Under the pieces are notes generated by a model that was given only the letters and a program-made list of their open reading frames with translations, had not been told where the DNA came from and did no database searches. Below, in pieces: positions 31,583-46,165 of a stretch of DNA of 64,000 bases. The DNA is taken from NCBI GenBank assembly GCA_965205025.1, contig CBDBFU010000015.1:1-64000 (forward strand), in the 5' to 3' direction. Source of the DNA: Candidatus Poribacteria bacterium (GTDB lineage: Bacteria > Poribacteria > WGA-4E > WGA-3G). The position numbers and the translations under genes are program-made. Every line of letters starts with the position of its first letter. Within the stretch, counting starts at the first letter, position 1.

Positions 31583-32473
31583 ATGGCAGAACAGATAGGC
31601 ATCAAATTCAATAAGGATTTAGGTAATCCAATGGCAAAATCTGCCTCGGATATTACCACAACAAATGCTGATGGAAAACCGATTACGCCTTTCACACAGG
31701 AACAAAAATACCTGTTTGACAAAAACGGGTGGCTCTTAGTCCCCGGTGTATTGACAGAGTCGGAAATAGAGGAAATGCGTGATCACTGTTACCGTCTCAA
31801 ACACGACCCTGAATCAATTCAAGATATTCACCGTTCTACTTACGGTGGACCTTTAGAGAAGCTAATTGATCATCCGGTGGTTGTCGCGTATGGAAACGAA
31901 TTTCTCGCATCCCCATATCTTGCATCTGAAGAATGCTACGGTTTTCGTATGGAGATGAGTTTTATGGCGTTGCGTTCTGCATCGGATGATCCACCCTTTG
32001 CATTTGGTCCACATAATGGGAACGGACTACATCGTAAGTCTGGTGATTGCCATGAATACCAATGTCTACCCGGACAGGCATTTAGCGGATTATCTCGCGT
32101 TGTATGGGAGCTTAATCCCGTAGGAAAAGAGGATGGTGGAACAATGTTCATTACCGGTAGCCACAAAGCAGCCTACCCTGCCCCTGAAGTTGCACGAACA
32201 CAGGAGTGGGACTATTGGGATACATATTCATGTCCCGCTGGATCTGTAATAATTTTTACCGAAGCAATTACACATAGTGGACAGGCGTGGCAAAATCCTG
32301 ATACCGACCGTGTGGCAGTGTTTAACGCATATAACTCGGTTGATAGACGATGGTCACTTTCTCGACCCCCACAAGCACTCCTTGAAACAATGCCACCCAA
32401 ACGGCAAACACTATTCCGTGATGCGTTTGTAAAAGGTAATGTAACAGGCACGTCTTTTGAAATGTCTTTGTAA
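31583..32473 (+). CDS. PhyH-family Fe/2OG enzyme with HxG iron motif
   Basis: FTQEQKYLFDKNGWL, PHNG, DGGTMFITGSHK, ITHSG. Confidence 0.85.
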   Translation: MAEQIGIKFNKDLGNPMAKSASDITTTNADGKPITPFTQEQKYLFDKNGWLLVPGVLTESEIEEMRDHCYRLKHDPESIQDIHRSTYGGPLEKLIDHPVVVAYGNEFLASPYLASEECYGFRMEMSFMALRSASDDPPFAFGPHNGNGLHRKSGDCHEYQCLPGQAFSGLSRVVWELNPVGKEDGGTMFITGSHKAAYPAPEVARTQEWDYWDTYSCPAGSVIIFTEAITHSGQAWQNPDTDRVAVFNAYNSVDRRWSLSRPPQALLETMPPKRQTLFRDAFVKGNVTGTSFEMSL

Positions 32474-32762
32474 TAGATACGATAGTTTGGACAGTTTAAC
32501 ACGTAATCATGTTGTTTTTTCAAGGATAGTTGTTTTTCTGTCTGTAATATACGCTAAATTTAGCACACAGAAATACTCCAATGGGAGTATAAGAAGCCCC
32601 AGAGGGCGAAATGTCTGTAGAAAAACGGTGAACCCACCAAACAAACCCCAGAGGGGTGAAATGTGTATTGATGTAGTTTTGTTTCAAGTGACTGCTTTAG
32701 TATCAGACCAACCAAAAATAACTGACAATTGTCCAAATTATAGTAATAGATACGATAGTTTG
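32470..32762. mobile_element. MITE-like insert flanked by a 20-bp direct repeat, with an internal REP-like doublet
   Basis: DR GTAATAGATACGATAGTTTG at 32470-32489 and 32743-32762; TTTGGACA/TGTCCAAA inverted ends; CCCCAGAGGG hairpins at 32597 and 32646. Confidence 0.7.
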
Positions 32763-32777
32763 AAGTAAGGATTAGTT

Positions 32778-33602
32778 ATGACACCAAAACAACGTTACTT
32801 GTTTGATGTAACCGGCTATCTTCATTTGGAGAATGTAATCACAGGAGATGCATTGGCTGAAGCATCCGAAGCGGTTGATAGATATATTACAACACCCCCT
32901 GATGAATTACCTCCTGGATTTGAACAGAAGGGATTACATCAACACGGATTCGCTTTTGATAAATCCCTTGAGTGTTTAACGATGCATTCTGCACTTTGGC
33001 CAATCATTAAGGAACTTACAGATAATCAACCTCGGTTTGGGAGAGGTTCACTTAAACACGACAAACATGATTTGTGGCAGGCAGGAGAAAACGCACATGT
33101 AAATCCTGGTGGACTGCATTGTGCACGTGATGATTATGGATGGTATAGCACACGGTACGAAGCAAACAATGGAAGTATCTACTGCGATAACTTCGTCTGT
33201 TTCCCATATTTTACGGATGTCTATCCAGGAGATGGGGGACTGATTATAATTCCTGGTTCACATAAGAGTGAGTTCGATAGACCGAAGCAGCTTTTGACAC
33301 TTGATGAAGCAGATGGTATTGACCCTATTGATAATCCTGTATTTGTAAATATCACACCGAAAGCAGGAGATATTGTGATTATTTCTGAACTGCTTACGCA
33401 TGGTGTATTGCGATGGAAACCGAAAGATAGAGATAGAAGGTTTCTTGTATTACGGTATTTCCCACAATTTTCAGGAACACATAACCTTCCACAACCTATA
33501 CTCGACCGGTTATCACCAGAGACGTTGGAATTGGTTGCATCTGAACCGTATGGTCACATTAAAGAAATCGTGAAGCAGGATGAGGTTACACTGACTACTT
33601 AG
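32778..33602 (+). CDS. PhyH-family Fe/2OG enzyme with HxA iron motif
   Basis: TPKQRYLFDVTGYL, GLHCAR, DGGLIIIPGSHK, LLTHG. Confidence 0.85.
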   Translation: MTPKQRYLFDVTGYLHLENVITGDALAEASEAVDRYITTPPDELPPGFEQKGLHQHGFAFDKSLECLTMHSALWPIIKELTDNQPRFGRGSLKHDKHDLWQAGENAHVNPGGLHCARDDYGWYSTRYEANNGSIYCDNFVCFPYFTDVYPGDGGLIIIPGSHKSEFDRPKQLLTLDEADGIDPIDNPVFVNITPKAGDIVIISELLTHGVLRWKPKDRDRRFLVLRYFPQFSGTHNLPQPILDRLSPETLELVASEPYGHIKEIVKQDEVTLTT

Positions 33603-33707
33603 GAATTGTCACGTATTCCTACAAAGTTATTTACCAACATAGAATACCCTGTCATTTGCCACCTATAAAACGTTAATAACCAACAATATATGGAGTAGAA
33701 GCGAGCG

Positions 33708-33906
33708 ATGAAAAAAGAGCAGATTATCTCCCAAGATCAATGTGTGATGCATGGCATATTAGTTTTCACTGGTACACGCGTACCTGTAGAGAGTCTAATT
33801 CAACATCTTGTAGCAGGTGACTCACTTGACATGTTTTTAGAGGATTTTCCAACAGTTTCCCGTGAACAGGCAGTAGGATACTTGCAGATGACTCTGGAGT
33901 TTGTTG

Positions 33907-33923
<17 letters not shown>
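33708..33923 (+). CDS. DUF433 family antitoxin
   Basis: VFTGTRVPV..GDSLDMFLEDFPTVSREQA. Confidence 0.88.
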
Positions 33924-38036
<4,113 letters not shown>

Positions 38037-38083
38037 TGGATACCTGTTGAAAGTGAAAATAGATTAATGCCATTTTAATATAA

Positions 38084-38113
38084 GAGACGCGGTGATAGTA
38101 TAAAATGGTTACA
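38084..38113 (-). promoter_or_regulatory. ECF-type promoter upstream of the sigma-WD40 gene
   Basis: TGTAACC-N17-CGTCTC on the minus strand; fits the general ECF -35 AAC / -10 CGT pattern. Confidence 0.55.
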
Positions 38114-38137
38114 TAATTCTGAATTATTTCGGTAGAA

Positions 38138-39067
38138 CTATCCAACTAAGTATTTGAATACAGCAGACAGATTGTCATCGGGTGAGTAGAGTTGAGATAT
38201 GTGCAATTCATTCTCAATGATGATTTGGGGGAGTCGTGCATAAAAAGCGTCAGGTTTCGCAGTTTCAATTATCACATCACCGGATTGATCACCAAAGGTA
38301 ATACTCAGTATATCTTCATAAAAAAGACACGTTTGAGCAAGTCGTCGTGGATCATCTGCACTCAAGTAGACCTTATGCGGGTGTTCATCAATCAATTCTC
38401 GTATATCGGAGATATTACCTTCTGCGAGGATGCGTCCTTGATGAATCAAGAGAATCGTCTGTGTTATCGCTTCAATTTCATACAGGATATGGCTTGAAAC
38501 TAACATACTGATTCCTTGTTCTGCAAGTTTGGAGATTAAATCCATGACATGTCGTCTTCCAATTGGATCAAGTCCGGTGAGGGGTTCGTCTAAGAATAGA
38601 ATTTCAGGTTCATGTACCAACGCTTGTGCCAGTTTAATACGTTGCCGCATCCCTTTACTATAAGATCCAATAGGTTTTTCCGCAGCAGGTAACATATCAA
38701 CGGTTTTAAGCACGTTAGTTGTTTTTTCGTGTGCTTCATCTTTATCATATCCACTTAAAGTGGCGAAAAACATTATGAATTCAAAACCACTCATGAATTG
38801 GTATGCAATTTCAATATCTGGACAGTATCCAACACGGCGTGTTAATTCGAAATTGTTCCAAACAGGTTCATTCAAGACAGTAATGTCACCTTGATTGGAT
38901 TTAAGTTGACCCGTCATTAATTTTAGCAAAGTCGTTTTTCCAGCGCCATTGGGACCGAGTAAACCCGTGATACCGGGATATACTTTTAATGTGACATCAT
39001 TTACACCCATCACCTCACCATACCATTTGGACAGATTCTCTGCTTGAACTATAACAGAATCATTCAT
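38138..39067 (-). CDS. ABC transporter ATP-binding protein (ABC-2 exporter type)
   Basis: GPNGAGKT, YSKGMRQR, LFLDEP, SSH. Confidence 0.95.
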   Translation of the reverse strand: MNDSVIVQAENLSKWYGEVMGVNDVTLKVYPGITGLLGPNGAGKTTLLKLMTGQLKSNQGDITVLNEPVWNNFELTRRVGYCPDIEIAYQFMSGFEFIMFFATLSGYDKDEAHEKTTNVLKTVDMLPAAEKPIGSYSKGMRQRIKLAQALVHEPEILFLDEPLTGLDPIGRRHVMDLISKLAEQGISMLVSSHILYEIEAITQTILLIHQGRILAEGNISDIRELIDEHPHKVYLSADDPRRLAQTCLFYEDILSITFGDQSGDVIIETAKPDAFYARLPQIIIENELHISQLYSPDDNLSAVFKYLVG

Positions 39068-39087
39068 ATTGTAATCCTATTTCTACT

Positions 39088-40023
39088 CTACGATACAGTA
39101 TTGCCTTCACAGATTCTCATGGTTGCTTCAAGATTTTCAATCCCCGCCGTTGTACCTATAGCAGTAACACAAGCTGCACCTGATGCTGATGCTAATTGTG
39201 CTGTCATTCTAATGTCCCAACCTTTGATTGTCCCAGCCAGAAAACCCGCTACGTAAGCGTCCCCTGCGCCTGTGGCATCAACAATATTAACAGAATAGGC
39301 AGGAACATAAAACTCTTCATCAGGTGTTGATACAAAACTACCTTCTTTTCCCATTTTAATACCAATCGTACCTATCCCATAATCTCTAAGAAAAGTTATT
39401 ATAGGTTTTAGCTCGGAATTCCCTGTTAGTCGTTCTACTTCTGTCAGACTTGGTAGGAAGATATCAACATACGGAAGGCATGGCTCTAAAGTATCCAGCC
39501 ATTTTCCTGTTGCATCCCAGGCAGTGTCAAGGGATGTAGTGATTCCTAATTCTTTAGCTTTTTTCAGGACATTCGCCATCGGTTTTCCATCAAACTGAGG
39601 CATAACAAGTGCACCTGCGACATGCAATATTTTCGTGGTTTTTATCAGATCCCAATTGATGTCATCTTCACTGAATGTACCGTTAGCACCAATGTAGTGG
39701 CAGAAACTCCTCTCTCCATCGGAAGCAATCGCTACAAAAGTAAAAGAGGTATTTACGTCAGCATCCCTAATTAAACCGTTTGTGTTAACATCATTATCGG
39801 TAAGAGCGTGTAGAATTATATCGCCAAATTGGTCAGACCCGATCTTTCCGATTACTCCAACGGAAACACCCAGTCGGGACAAGGCAATAGCTGTATTATT
39901 TGCACAACCTCCAGAATGGATTTCCAATTGATCAAATAATTCTAACTTGCCTTTCTCAGGAAAACGATCAATCGGTCTTCCAAGTACATCAACAACGAAA
40001 ATACCTAAGGATAACACATCCAT
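39088..40023 (-). CDS. PfkB-family carbohydrate kinase
   Basis: GGCANNTA, IGSDQFG, DATGAGDAY. Confidence 0.93.
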   Translation of the reverse strand: MDVLSLGIFVVDVLGRPIDRFPEKGKLELFDQLEIHSGGCANNTAIALSRLGVSVGVIGKIGSDQFGDIILHALTDNDVNTNGLIRDADVNTSFTFVAIASDGERSFCHYIGANGTFSEDDINWDLIKTTKILHVAGALVMPQFDGKPMANVLKKAKELGITTSLDTAWDATGKWLDTLEPCLPYVDIFLPSLTEVERLTGNSELKPIITFLRDYGIGTIGIKMGKEGSFVSTPDEEFYVPAYSVNIVDATGAGDAYVAGFLAGTIKGWDIRMTAQLASASGAACVTAIGTTAGIENLEATMRICEGNTVS

Positions 40024-40059
40024 ATGTTTACCCCTCAAACCTATCTACTATAAATGATA

Positions 40060-42036
40060 TTACATTTCAAAATTAGGATCTTCAAGATATATTATAACCA
40101 ATGTTTCATTATTAAAACTAACAATTCTATCTGACATAAACAGATCAGTTGGTAAATAATTTTCCAATTCAGAAGTCCAGCCAATTAATTTCACACTACT
40201 TTTTCGGACACCCATTCCAGAAGAATTGTCTACCTTTAAAAGATATTGCAAAACCCCTTCACTTTGCAATATCTGAGCAAATGCTTTTCGTGATCCATTG
40301 AGGTGTCGATTCATAGGAAGTTTTGTCAAAATCTCACTTGGGATATCTGTTCTTGAGTAATTACTATTCCCAATTTTCACCATCCCTAAGTACTTACCTT
40401 GATTACCAGTTATTCTCCAAGTATTTTCAAGTTTTATATTAGACTGTTTTAAATCCATTGGGAATACTGCCTGATGTGTATACGTACTTGGACCCCATGG
40501 TTCAATCTCAACATCTCTCAGTTGAAAAGTTTTACCTTGTAAAAACTTAGGTGGTTTTTGAATGCCTTCAGAATGTAATGGACGAATAAAAGAATTTTGT
40601 TTCAAGGGAATAGTGGTTGTGTTGTGTGCAGGTGTTTGAAGAGAGACATAACTTATTAAACTTGCTTTATTTTGTTCTGGATAAACAGCGAATATTGATA
40701 AACTTTCCTTTTGTATTTTCTTAGGTATTACAACTCTTGCTATACTCATAGTACTGATAGATAACAGAACAAGAATAATTCCTCCAATCCAATATATGCG
40801 ATTTTTATATTTAGATGTACTCCTCCTATTTCTTGTAGAGAAGAATAAAAAACCTAAACATAAGACATATATTGGTAATATAAAAGCAAGTGATTTTATA
40901 ATGGGTAATTGTATTGGCATTTTAGACAGAAACAACTTATGTATTTTATCTTCGTGTTGCCGATAAGGTATGTATTTATCGCTTATATTTTTATGTGATT
41001 TACCATAGTTGTTAAGTAACCATTTCCAAAAAACTTCCCCGCCTTGAGGTTTTGAAAACAGGTAGGCATTATAATCAAATGCCAAGCAGATAATTTGTCC
41101 ACTACCAAAATTTCGTTTCGCAATGTATATCTTGTTATTATTTTCTACTATTGCGTCACACCCAGATTTAAGTTCAAATCCGATACTATTGAACTTTTTA
41201 GTCGAATATGAGGAATTTTCTGTATCCGATATGGTATCTTCTGAATTAAACTCAAACCGCTGTTTTAATATGGTTGGTACATTTTCAATTATCTCTTCAC
41301 GTAGCAACTTAACTGGGAGAATTTCTTTAATGAAACTATCTTTCAGGTATCGGTAATTACTACCGCCAGAGACAATCAGAGTGCCTCCACCCTGTATCCA
41401 CTCAAGTAATGCCGACTGTTGCTTTTTTGAAATACGTCTATCGGACAGTGATACCTCTCGAATGACTAATACATCTACGGTACTATAACCTAACCATGCC
41501 ATTGGCATTTCATTGGTATTCTGAAGGTATTCAACATAGACATTTGTCTCATCACTATTCAATCGTTTTTTGTCTATTAATCTCTTTAATTTGTCTGCAT
41601 TAGGTGTTAATGCCAGTAAGTAATAGTCTTTGTTCTCAATAGGTGGGGACAGGGTGAAATTTCTTGAAATAAGTGGTTTGGAAATTCTCTCAATATTCGA
41701 GTCTTCTCCTGTTCGTACCACTTGTATGGATAGTTTGACAGGATTTACCGGAATGAAGATATTGAGTCGTACATTCTTACGATCTGTTTTACCCAGTTGA
41801 ATAGGTGTAGCATACCTAAATAATGTATCATCAGAAATCAAATTTTTAACTTCAACAACAATTTCACCAGAAAAAGCCATTAGTTCATTTTGGCTTCGGA
41901 CAAGAGTAGTGAATGGAACCCATTTTCCTACTTTATACTTATTATTAAACCCCAATGCCATATTCTCAATATCCACAGCACAGAAAACTGAAGTAGTCGT
42001 AAAAAACAGGATAAAGCATGTTAGAATTTGCCGCAT
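40060..42036 (-). CDS. secreted/membrane protein with a class I glutamine amidotransferase-like domain
   Basis: signal peptide; LGYSTVDVLVI..WIQGGGTLIVSGG; two internal TM helices. Confidence 0.65.
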   Translation of the reverse strand: MRQILTCFILFFTTTSVFCAVDIENMALGFNNKYKVGKWVPFTTLVRSQNELMAFSGEIVVEVKNLISDDTLFRYATPIQLGKTDRKNVRLNIFIPVNPVKLSIQVVRTGEDSNIERISKPLISRNFTLSPPIENKDYYLLALTPNADKLKRLIDKKRLNSDETNVYVEYLQNTNEMPMAWLGYSTVDVLVIREVSLSDRRISKKQQSALLEWIQGGGTLIVSGGSNYRYLKDSFIKEILPVKLLREEIIENVPTILKQRFEFNSEDTISDTENSSYSTKKFNSIGFELKSGCDAIVENNNKIYIAKRNFGSGQIICLAFDYNAYLFSKPQGGEVFWKWLLNNYGKSHKNISDKYIPYRQHEDKIHKLFLSKMPIQLPIIKSLAFILPIYVLCLGFLFFSTRNRRSTSKYKNRIYWIGGIILVLLSISTMSIARVVIPKKIQKESLSIFAVYPEQNKASLISYVSLQTPAHNTTTIPLKQNSFIRPLHSEGIQKPPKFLQGKTFQLRDVEIEPWGPSTYTHQAVFPMDLKQSNIKLENTWRITGNQGKYLGMVKIGNSNYSRTDIPSEILTKLPMNRHLNGSRKAFAQILQSEGVLQYLLKVDNSSGMGVRKSSVKLIGWTSELENYLPTDLFMSDRIVSFNNETLVIIYLEDPNFEM

Positions 42037-42083
42037 TTACATCTCCAGAATTTAATTTTGAGTGTTCTGGATTCTCTATACTA

Positions 42084-42926
42084 TCAGATGAGTTGTGCAG
42101 GATTATGTGAAAGTTGTGTCTCAGTTGCACCTTCAAAAGCATGTGTACTAAATACACCATTTCCCAACATAATCATGGATGCCACTCCACCAACTTCCTC
42201 AATTTGCATGATAGTATTTATGACGCGTTCATCGTTCAACAAACCACTTTCTATGGAAAATCGTTTTGATACAGCAAAGCATGATGTGAATAACTCTGTA
42301 TCAGTCTTTGTATGTGTTAATTTCTTTAAAGTAGTTAACGCTGTATCAGCAGCATTGTTAATCCGAACTGTTTGTTTGGGATTTCTAAGGACTTCACTGG
42401 TGTGGATAGGTCCAAAATACCTATAATAAATGGGTCTATCAGAAATCGGTAAAATGTCAGCTACTAATGGTGCTCCTTCTTTTAATTTCACCAGACATCC
42501 ACCGTGAAACTGAGAACATACATCACCCAATCCAGTCCTATTTTCTACTTCGGCTATATGCGTAATCATTGCCAGTTCTTGATTTGTTTTATCTAATTCC
42601 ACAAGACTGTTTATTGCATATGCTGTTGCTAAAGATGCAGCCCCACTTAAACCAAAACCACACCCTAAAGGAAGTGAAGTTGTAATATCAACCCTTATAC
42701 CACCATCAGAAATAGGATTTAATTGATTAATAACTGCTTGAACAGTTGGGAAGTTGATTTCTTTTTCATTAAACAACACCTTTGTATTGTCATTTTCTGA
42801 AACAGTGACTTCAACTCCATCTTTTACTGTAAAACCCATACCCAGAGAATGCATGCGTGCTGGATCAGTGTGTGGTATAATTTTGAATATACACGATATA
42901 TTCCCTGGGGCAAAAGCACTTGCCAT
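42084..42926 (-). CDS. archaeal-type pantoate kinase (GHMP family)
   Basis: AFAPGNISCIF, LPLGCGFGLSGA GHMP loop, AEVENRTGLGDV, ASMIMLGNGVF. Confidence 0.8.
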   Translation of the reverse strand: MASAFAPGNISCIFKIIPHTDPARMHSLGMGFTVKDGVEVTVSENDNTKVLFNEKEINFPTVQAVINQLNPISDGGIRVDITTSLPLGCGFGLSGAASLATAYAINSLVELDKTNQELAMITHIAEVENRTGLGDVCSQFHGGCLVKLKEGAPLVADILPISDRPIYYRYFGPIHTSEVLRNPKQTVRINNAADTALTTLKKLTHTKTDTELFTSCFAVSKRFSIESGLLNDERVINTIMQIEEVGGVASMIMLGNGVFSTHAFEGATETQLSHNPAQLI

Positions 42927-43002
42927 ACCACTCCTTTCTACATACAATATGGTATTGGATAGTAATTTTATAATCTATACAGACAATTAACTTCTGTTAT
43001 TT

Positions 43003-44526
43003 TTATGCTGTATTATTATTCCTTGGATGAAATGCGTCTTCACAATACTTCCCATCGTCAATTTTTGCAGCTTGTCCCCTTCCAGATACGGAGCATCTTG
43101 TCCCATCTAATCTCGGTATAACGTATTGTTGAAACCATGTTCCCATCTGTTGACGCAAATCCTTAATCAAGGCTTTTCTTGATTTTTCATCAATTAGATT
43201 ATTTCGTTCGGTTGGGTCATCTACAAGGTCATATAGTTCATGAGGACCATAAGGATAACGATGCACATACTTCCATTCTTGAGTACGGATCATACGAACC
43301 GGACCGTATTCATCAAAAACAACAATTCTATCTTTGGCATCATTAGTCTCACCAGATAAAGCAGGAACAAAACTCCTACCTGGTGACGCATCATCATTTG
43401 GATCAGGTAATTCAAGATAATCAAGAAGTGTAGACATAAAATCATACTGACTCACCATAGCCTCATTGACCTGTCCTTCAGGAATACTCCCTGGGTGACT
43501 CATAATGAACGGCACTTTAACAGAGTTTTCGTACATATTCAGTGGAAATGTACCGTTTCCTTTATGCCAAAATCCGTTGTGTCCACACGAATAACCGTTG
43601 TCACTACTAAACACAACAAGTGTATTCTCTCGGATATTATACTGGTCAAGTCGTTCTAAAATCCTTCCGATGTTTAAGTCGAGAGCTGTAATTGCAGCAA
43701 AATAACCTTTAAGTGACTCACGATTACCCATGTGCGAATTTGTCCTTCCTGCTGCCCACGGATGAAGTGCTTCTTGTGGACATGTCTCAAATATGCAATC
43801 AGCATAAGAATCTACAATTTCTTGTGGATGTCCTTTAAAAGGTGTATGTGGAGCATTATAGTTTACACTTAGGCAGAAAGGTCTATCTTGGTTTGATGAA
43901 ATAAAATCCATTGCATCATCAGTGATAACATCAGTGAGGTAACCTTCTTGTTGCTCTACCTTTCCATCCCGTATCATTTTGGCGTTGTTATACTTACTAC
44001 TACCAGTAGGCATTGCAAACCAATGACTGAATCCATGTTGTGGTGTGAGACTATCTCCCAGATGCCACTTGCCACTCAAACCTACTGTGTAACCATTTTC
44101 TGCTAAAACATCAGTATAGCAGGTCAAACCTTCAAGATAACGTTCCTGTTTAGGAGGCATACTTCCAGTACGGATAAAATCATGTACTCCGTGTGCTGAT
44201 GGAATACGTCCAGTCATAAGACTTGCCCGAGCAGGTGAACACACTGGACTTGTACAAAAGAAATTTGAAAAACGCGTGCCTTCTTCGGCAAGTTGATCAA
44301 TAAATGGTGTTCTTATTTCATCATTACCACAACAACCCGCAGCCCAAGGTCCCTGATCATCAGTTAATATGAAAATAATATTTGTCGGTTTATTCACTTT
44401 TGCTTCTACGTAATCACCAATTAGTACGCTTGGAGCAACAGATGCAGCTACAGAAGTCGAACATACATTCTTTAAAAATGTCCGACGTGTGATATTTGAG
44501 TAGCGTTTTCTCTCTTGATTTGACAC
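43003..44526 (-). CDS. sulfatase (Cys-type) with a Tat signal peptide
   Basis: TRRTFLK twin-arginine motif; TDDQG, CSPARASLMTG, GKWHLG. Confidence 0.93.
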   Translation of the reverse strand: MSNQERKRYSNITRRTFLKNVCSTSVAASVAPSVLIGDYVEAKVNKPTNIIFILTDDQGPWAAGCCGNDEIRTPFIDQLAEEGTRFSNFFCTSPVCSPARASLMTGRIPSAHGVHDFIRTGSMPPKQERYLEGLTCYTDVLAENGYTVGLSGKWHLGDSLTPQHGFSHWFAMPTGSSKYNNAKMIRDGKVEQQEGYLTDVITDDAMDFISSNQDRPFCLSVNYNAPHTPFKGHPQEIVDSYADCIFETCPQEALHPWAAGRTNSHMGNRESLKGYFAAITALDLNIGRILERLDQYNIRENTLVVFSSDNGYSCGHNGFWHKGNGTFPLNMYENSVKVPFIMSHPGSIPEGQVNEAMVSQYDFMSTLLDYLELPDPNDDASPGRSFVPALSGETNDAKDRIVVFDEYGPVRMIRTQEWKYVHRYPYGPHELYDLVDDPTERNNLIDEKSRKALIKDLRQQMGTWFQQYVIPRLDGTRCSVSGRGQAAKIDDGKYCEDAFHPRNNNTA

Positions 44527-44572
44527 GTCTTATTCCTCTCATAGGAACATCTAATTCAATATAATTAGCACC

Positions 44573-45976
44573 TTAGACATTCTTTCTCGGAGGTGCATAT
44601 CTTGGATGAAATGAATCCTCTCCAAATCGTCCATCACCAAGTTTTGCAGCTTGTCCACCACCTGTAACAGCACATCTGGCACCATCTAATTCTGGAACAA
44701 CATACCGCTCAAACCACGCACCCATCTGTTGCCTCATATCACTGATTAAGGCATTATGAGAATTATCATCTATGACATTATTGCGTTCACGTGGGTCATT
44801 CACTAAGTCATACAGTTCATGCGGTCCGTATGCATATCGGTGAACATATTTCCACTCTTGTGTACGGATCATACGAACGGGACCATATTCATCAAAGACC
44901 ACAATTTCATCTTTGGCATCGTTCGTTTCACCCGTTAACGCTGATACAAAACTTTTTCCGGGTGACATATCGTCATTTGGATCGGGTAATCCTAGATAAT
45001 CAAGGAGTGTGGGCATAAAATCGTATTGACTCACCATCGCTTCGTTTACACGTCCTTCCGGAATTCTTCCAGGATGGCTAATCACAAATGGAACTTTAAC
45101 AGAATTTTCATACATATTTAGTGGAAATGTGCCATTTCCTTTATGCCAAAATCCATTATGGCCACACGAATATCCGTTATCACTACTAAATATAATTAGC
45201 GTGTTATCCCGAATCCCCAACTCAGTGAGTCTGTCTAATATACGTCCAACGTTTAGGTCAAGTGCTGTTATTGCAGCGAAATAACCCTTGAGTGATTCTC
45301 GATTCCCCATGTGAGCAGCAGCACCTTGCACTGCCCATGGATGTAACGCTTCTTGGGGACAGGTCTTAAAGGGACAATCGTCATAAGAATCCACAATATC
45401 TTGTGGGTGACCTGTAAACGGTGTATGTGGAGCATTATAATTAACACTTAAATAGAATGGTCCTTCACTGTTTGCGGAGATGAAATCTAATGCATCATCT
45501 GTTATGACATCTGTGAGATACCCAGGTTGCATTTCAACTTCTCCATCCCGAATCATATCTGCATCATTATATTTACTTCCACCAGTGAGTAAAGTAAACC
45601 AATGACTAAATCCATGCTGTGGAGTCAAACTATCCCCAAGATGCCATTTACCACTTAACCCGACAGTATAGTTATTATCGGCAAGTACATCGGTATAGCA
45701 TGTTAATCCTTCCAAATATCTTGCTGGGTCAGGAGGCATATTTCCATCGCGTATCCAGTCGTGTACCCCGTGTGCTGAGGGAATGCGTCCTGTCATCAAA
45801 CTCGCACGTGCTGGAGAACATACAGGACTGGTACAGAAGAAATTGGGAAAATACATACCTTCTGATGCTAATTGGTCAATATATGGGGTACGCACCTCAT
45901 CGTTACCGCTGCAACCCATTGCCCATGGACCTTGATCGTCTGTTAAAACAAAAATGACATTTGGTTGGTTATCCAT
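44573..45976 (-). CDS. sulfatase (Cys-type), no signal peptide; close paralog of 43003-44526
   Basis: TDDQG, CSPARASLMTG, GKWHLG; long near-identical blocks shared with its neighbour. Confidence 0.95.
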   Translation of the reverse strand: MDNQPNVIFVLTDDQGPWAMGCSGNDEVRTPYIDQLASEGMYFPNFFCTSPVCSPARASLMTGRIPSAHGVHDWIRDGNMPPDPARYLEGLTCYTDVLADNNYTVGLSGKWHLGDSLTPQHGFSHWFTLLTGGSKYNDADMIRDGEVEMQPGYLTDVITDDALDFISANSEGPFYLSVNYNAPHTPFTGHPQDIVDSYDDCPFKTCPQEALHPWAVQGAAAHMGNRESLKGYFAAITALDLNVGRILDRLTELGIRDNTLIIFSSDNGYSCGHNGFWHKGNGTFPLNMYENSVKVPFVISHPGRIPEGRVNEAMVSQYDFMPTLLDYLGLPDPNDDMSPGKSFVSALTGETNDAKDEIVVFDEYGPVRMIRTQEWKYVHRYAYGPHELYDLVNDPRERNNVIDDNSHNALISDMRQQMGAWFERYVVPELDGARCAVTGGGQAAKLGDGRFGEDSFHPRYAPPRKNV

Positions 45977-46165
45977 TATGTATTCTCCATCTTATGTTGG
46001 TAAAATTCGAGGTTTGATCTCTTAAACGTTATTAGATTTAATAATCCTATAATTGCTATTGTAATTCTCCCAATAACCGGACTATATCTCTGTAGCATTT
46101 TCAAAGAATCAGTTGGTCCTACTTGCTGTACGTCGAATAGTGTAGTTAGTGCTGGTTGACCACTC

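Noticed and set aside
32457-32768. 103-aa ORF with NRYDSL at both ends
   Set aside because: A by-product of the direct repeat and MITE-like insert, not a credible protein
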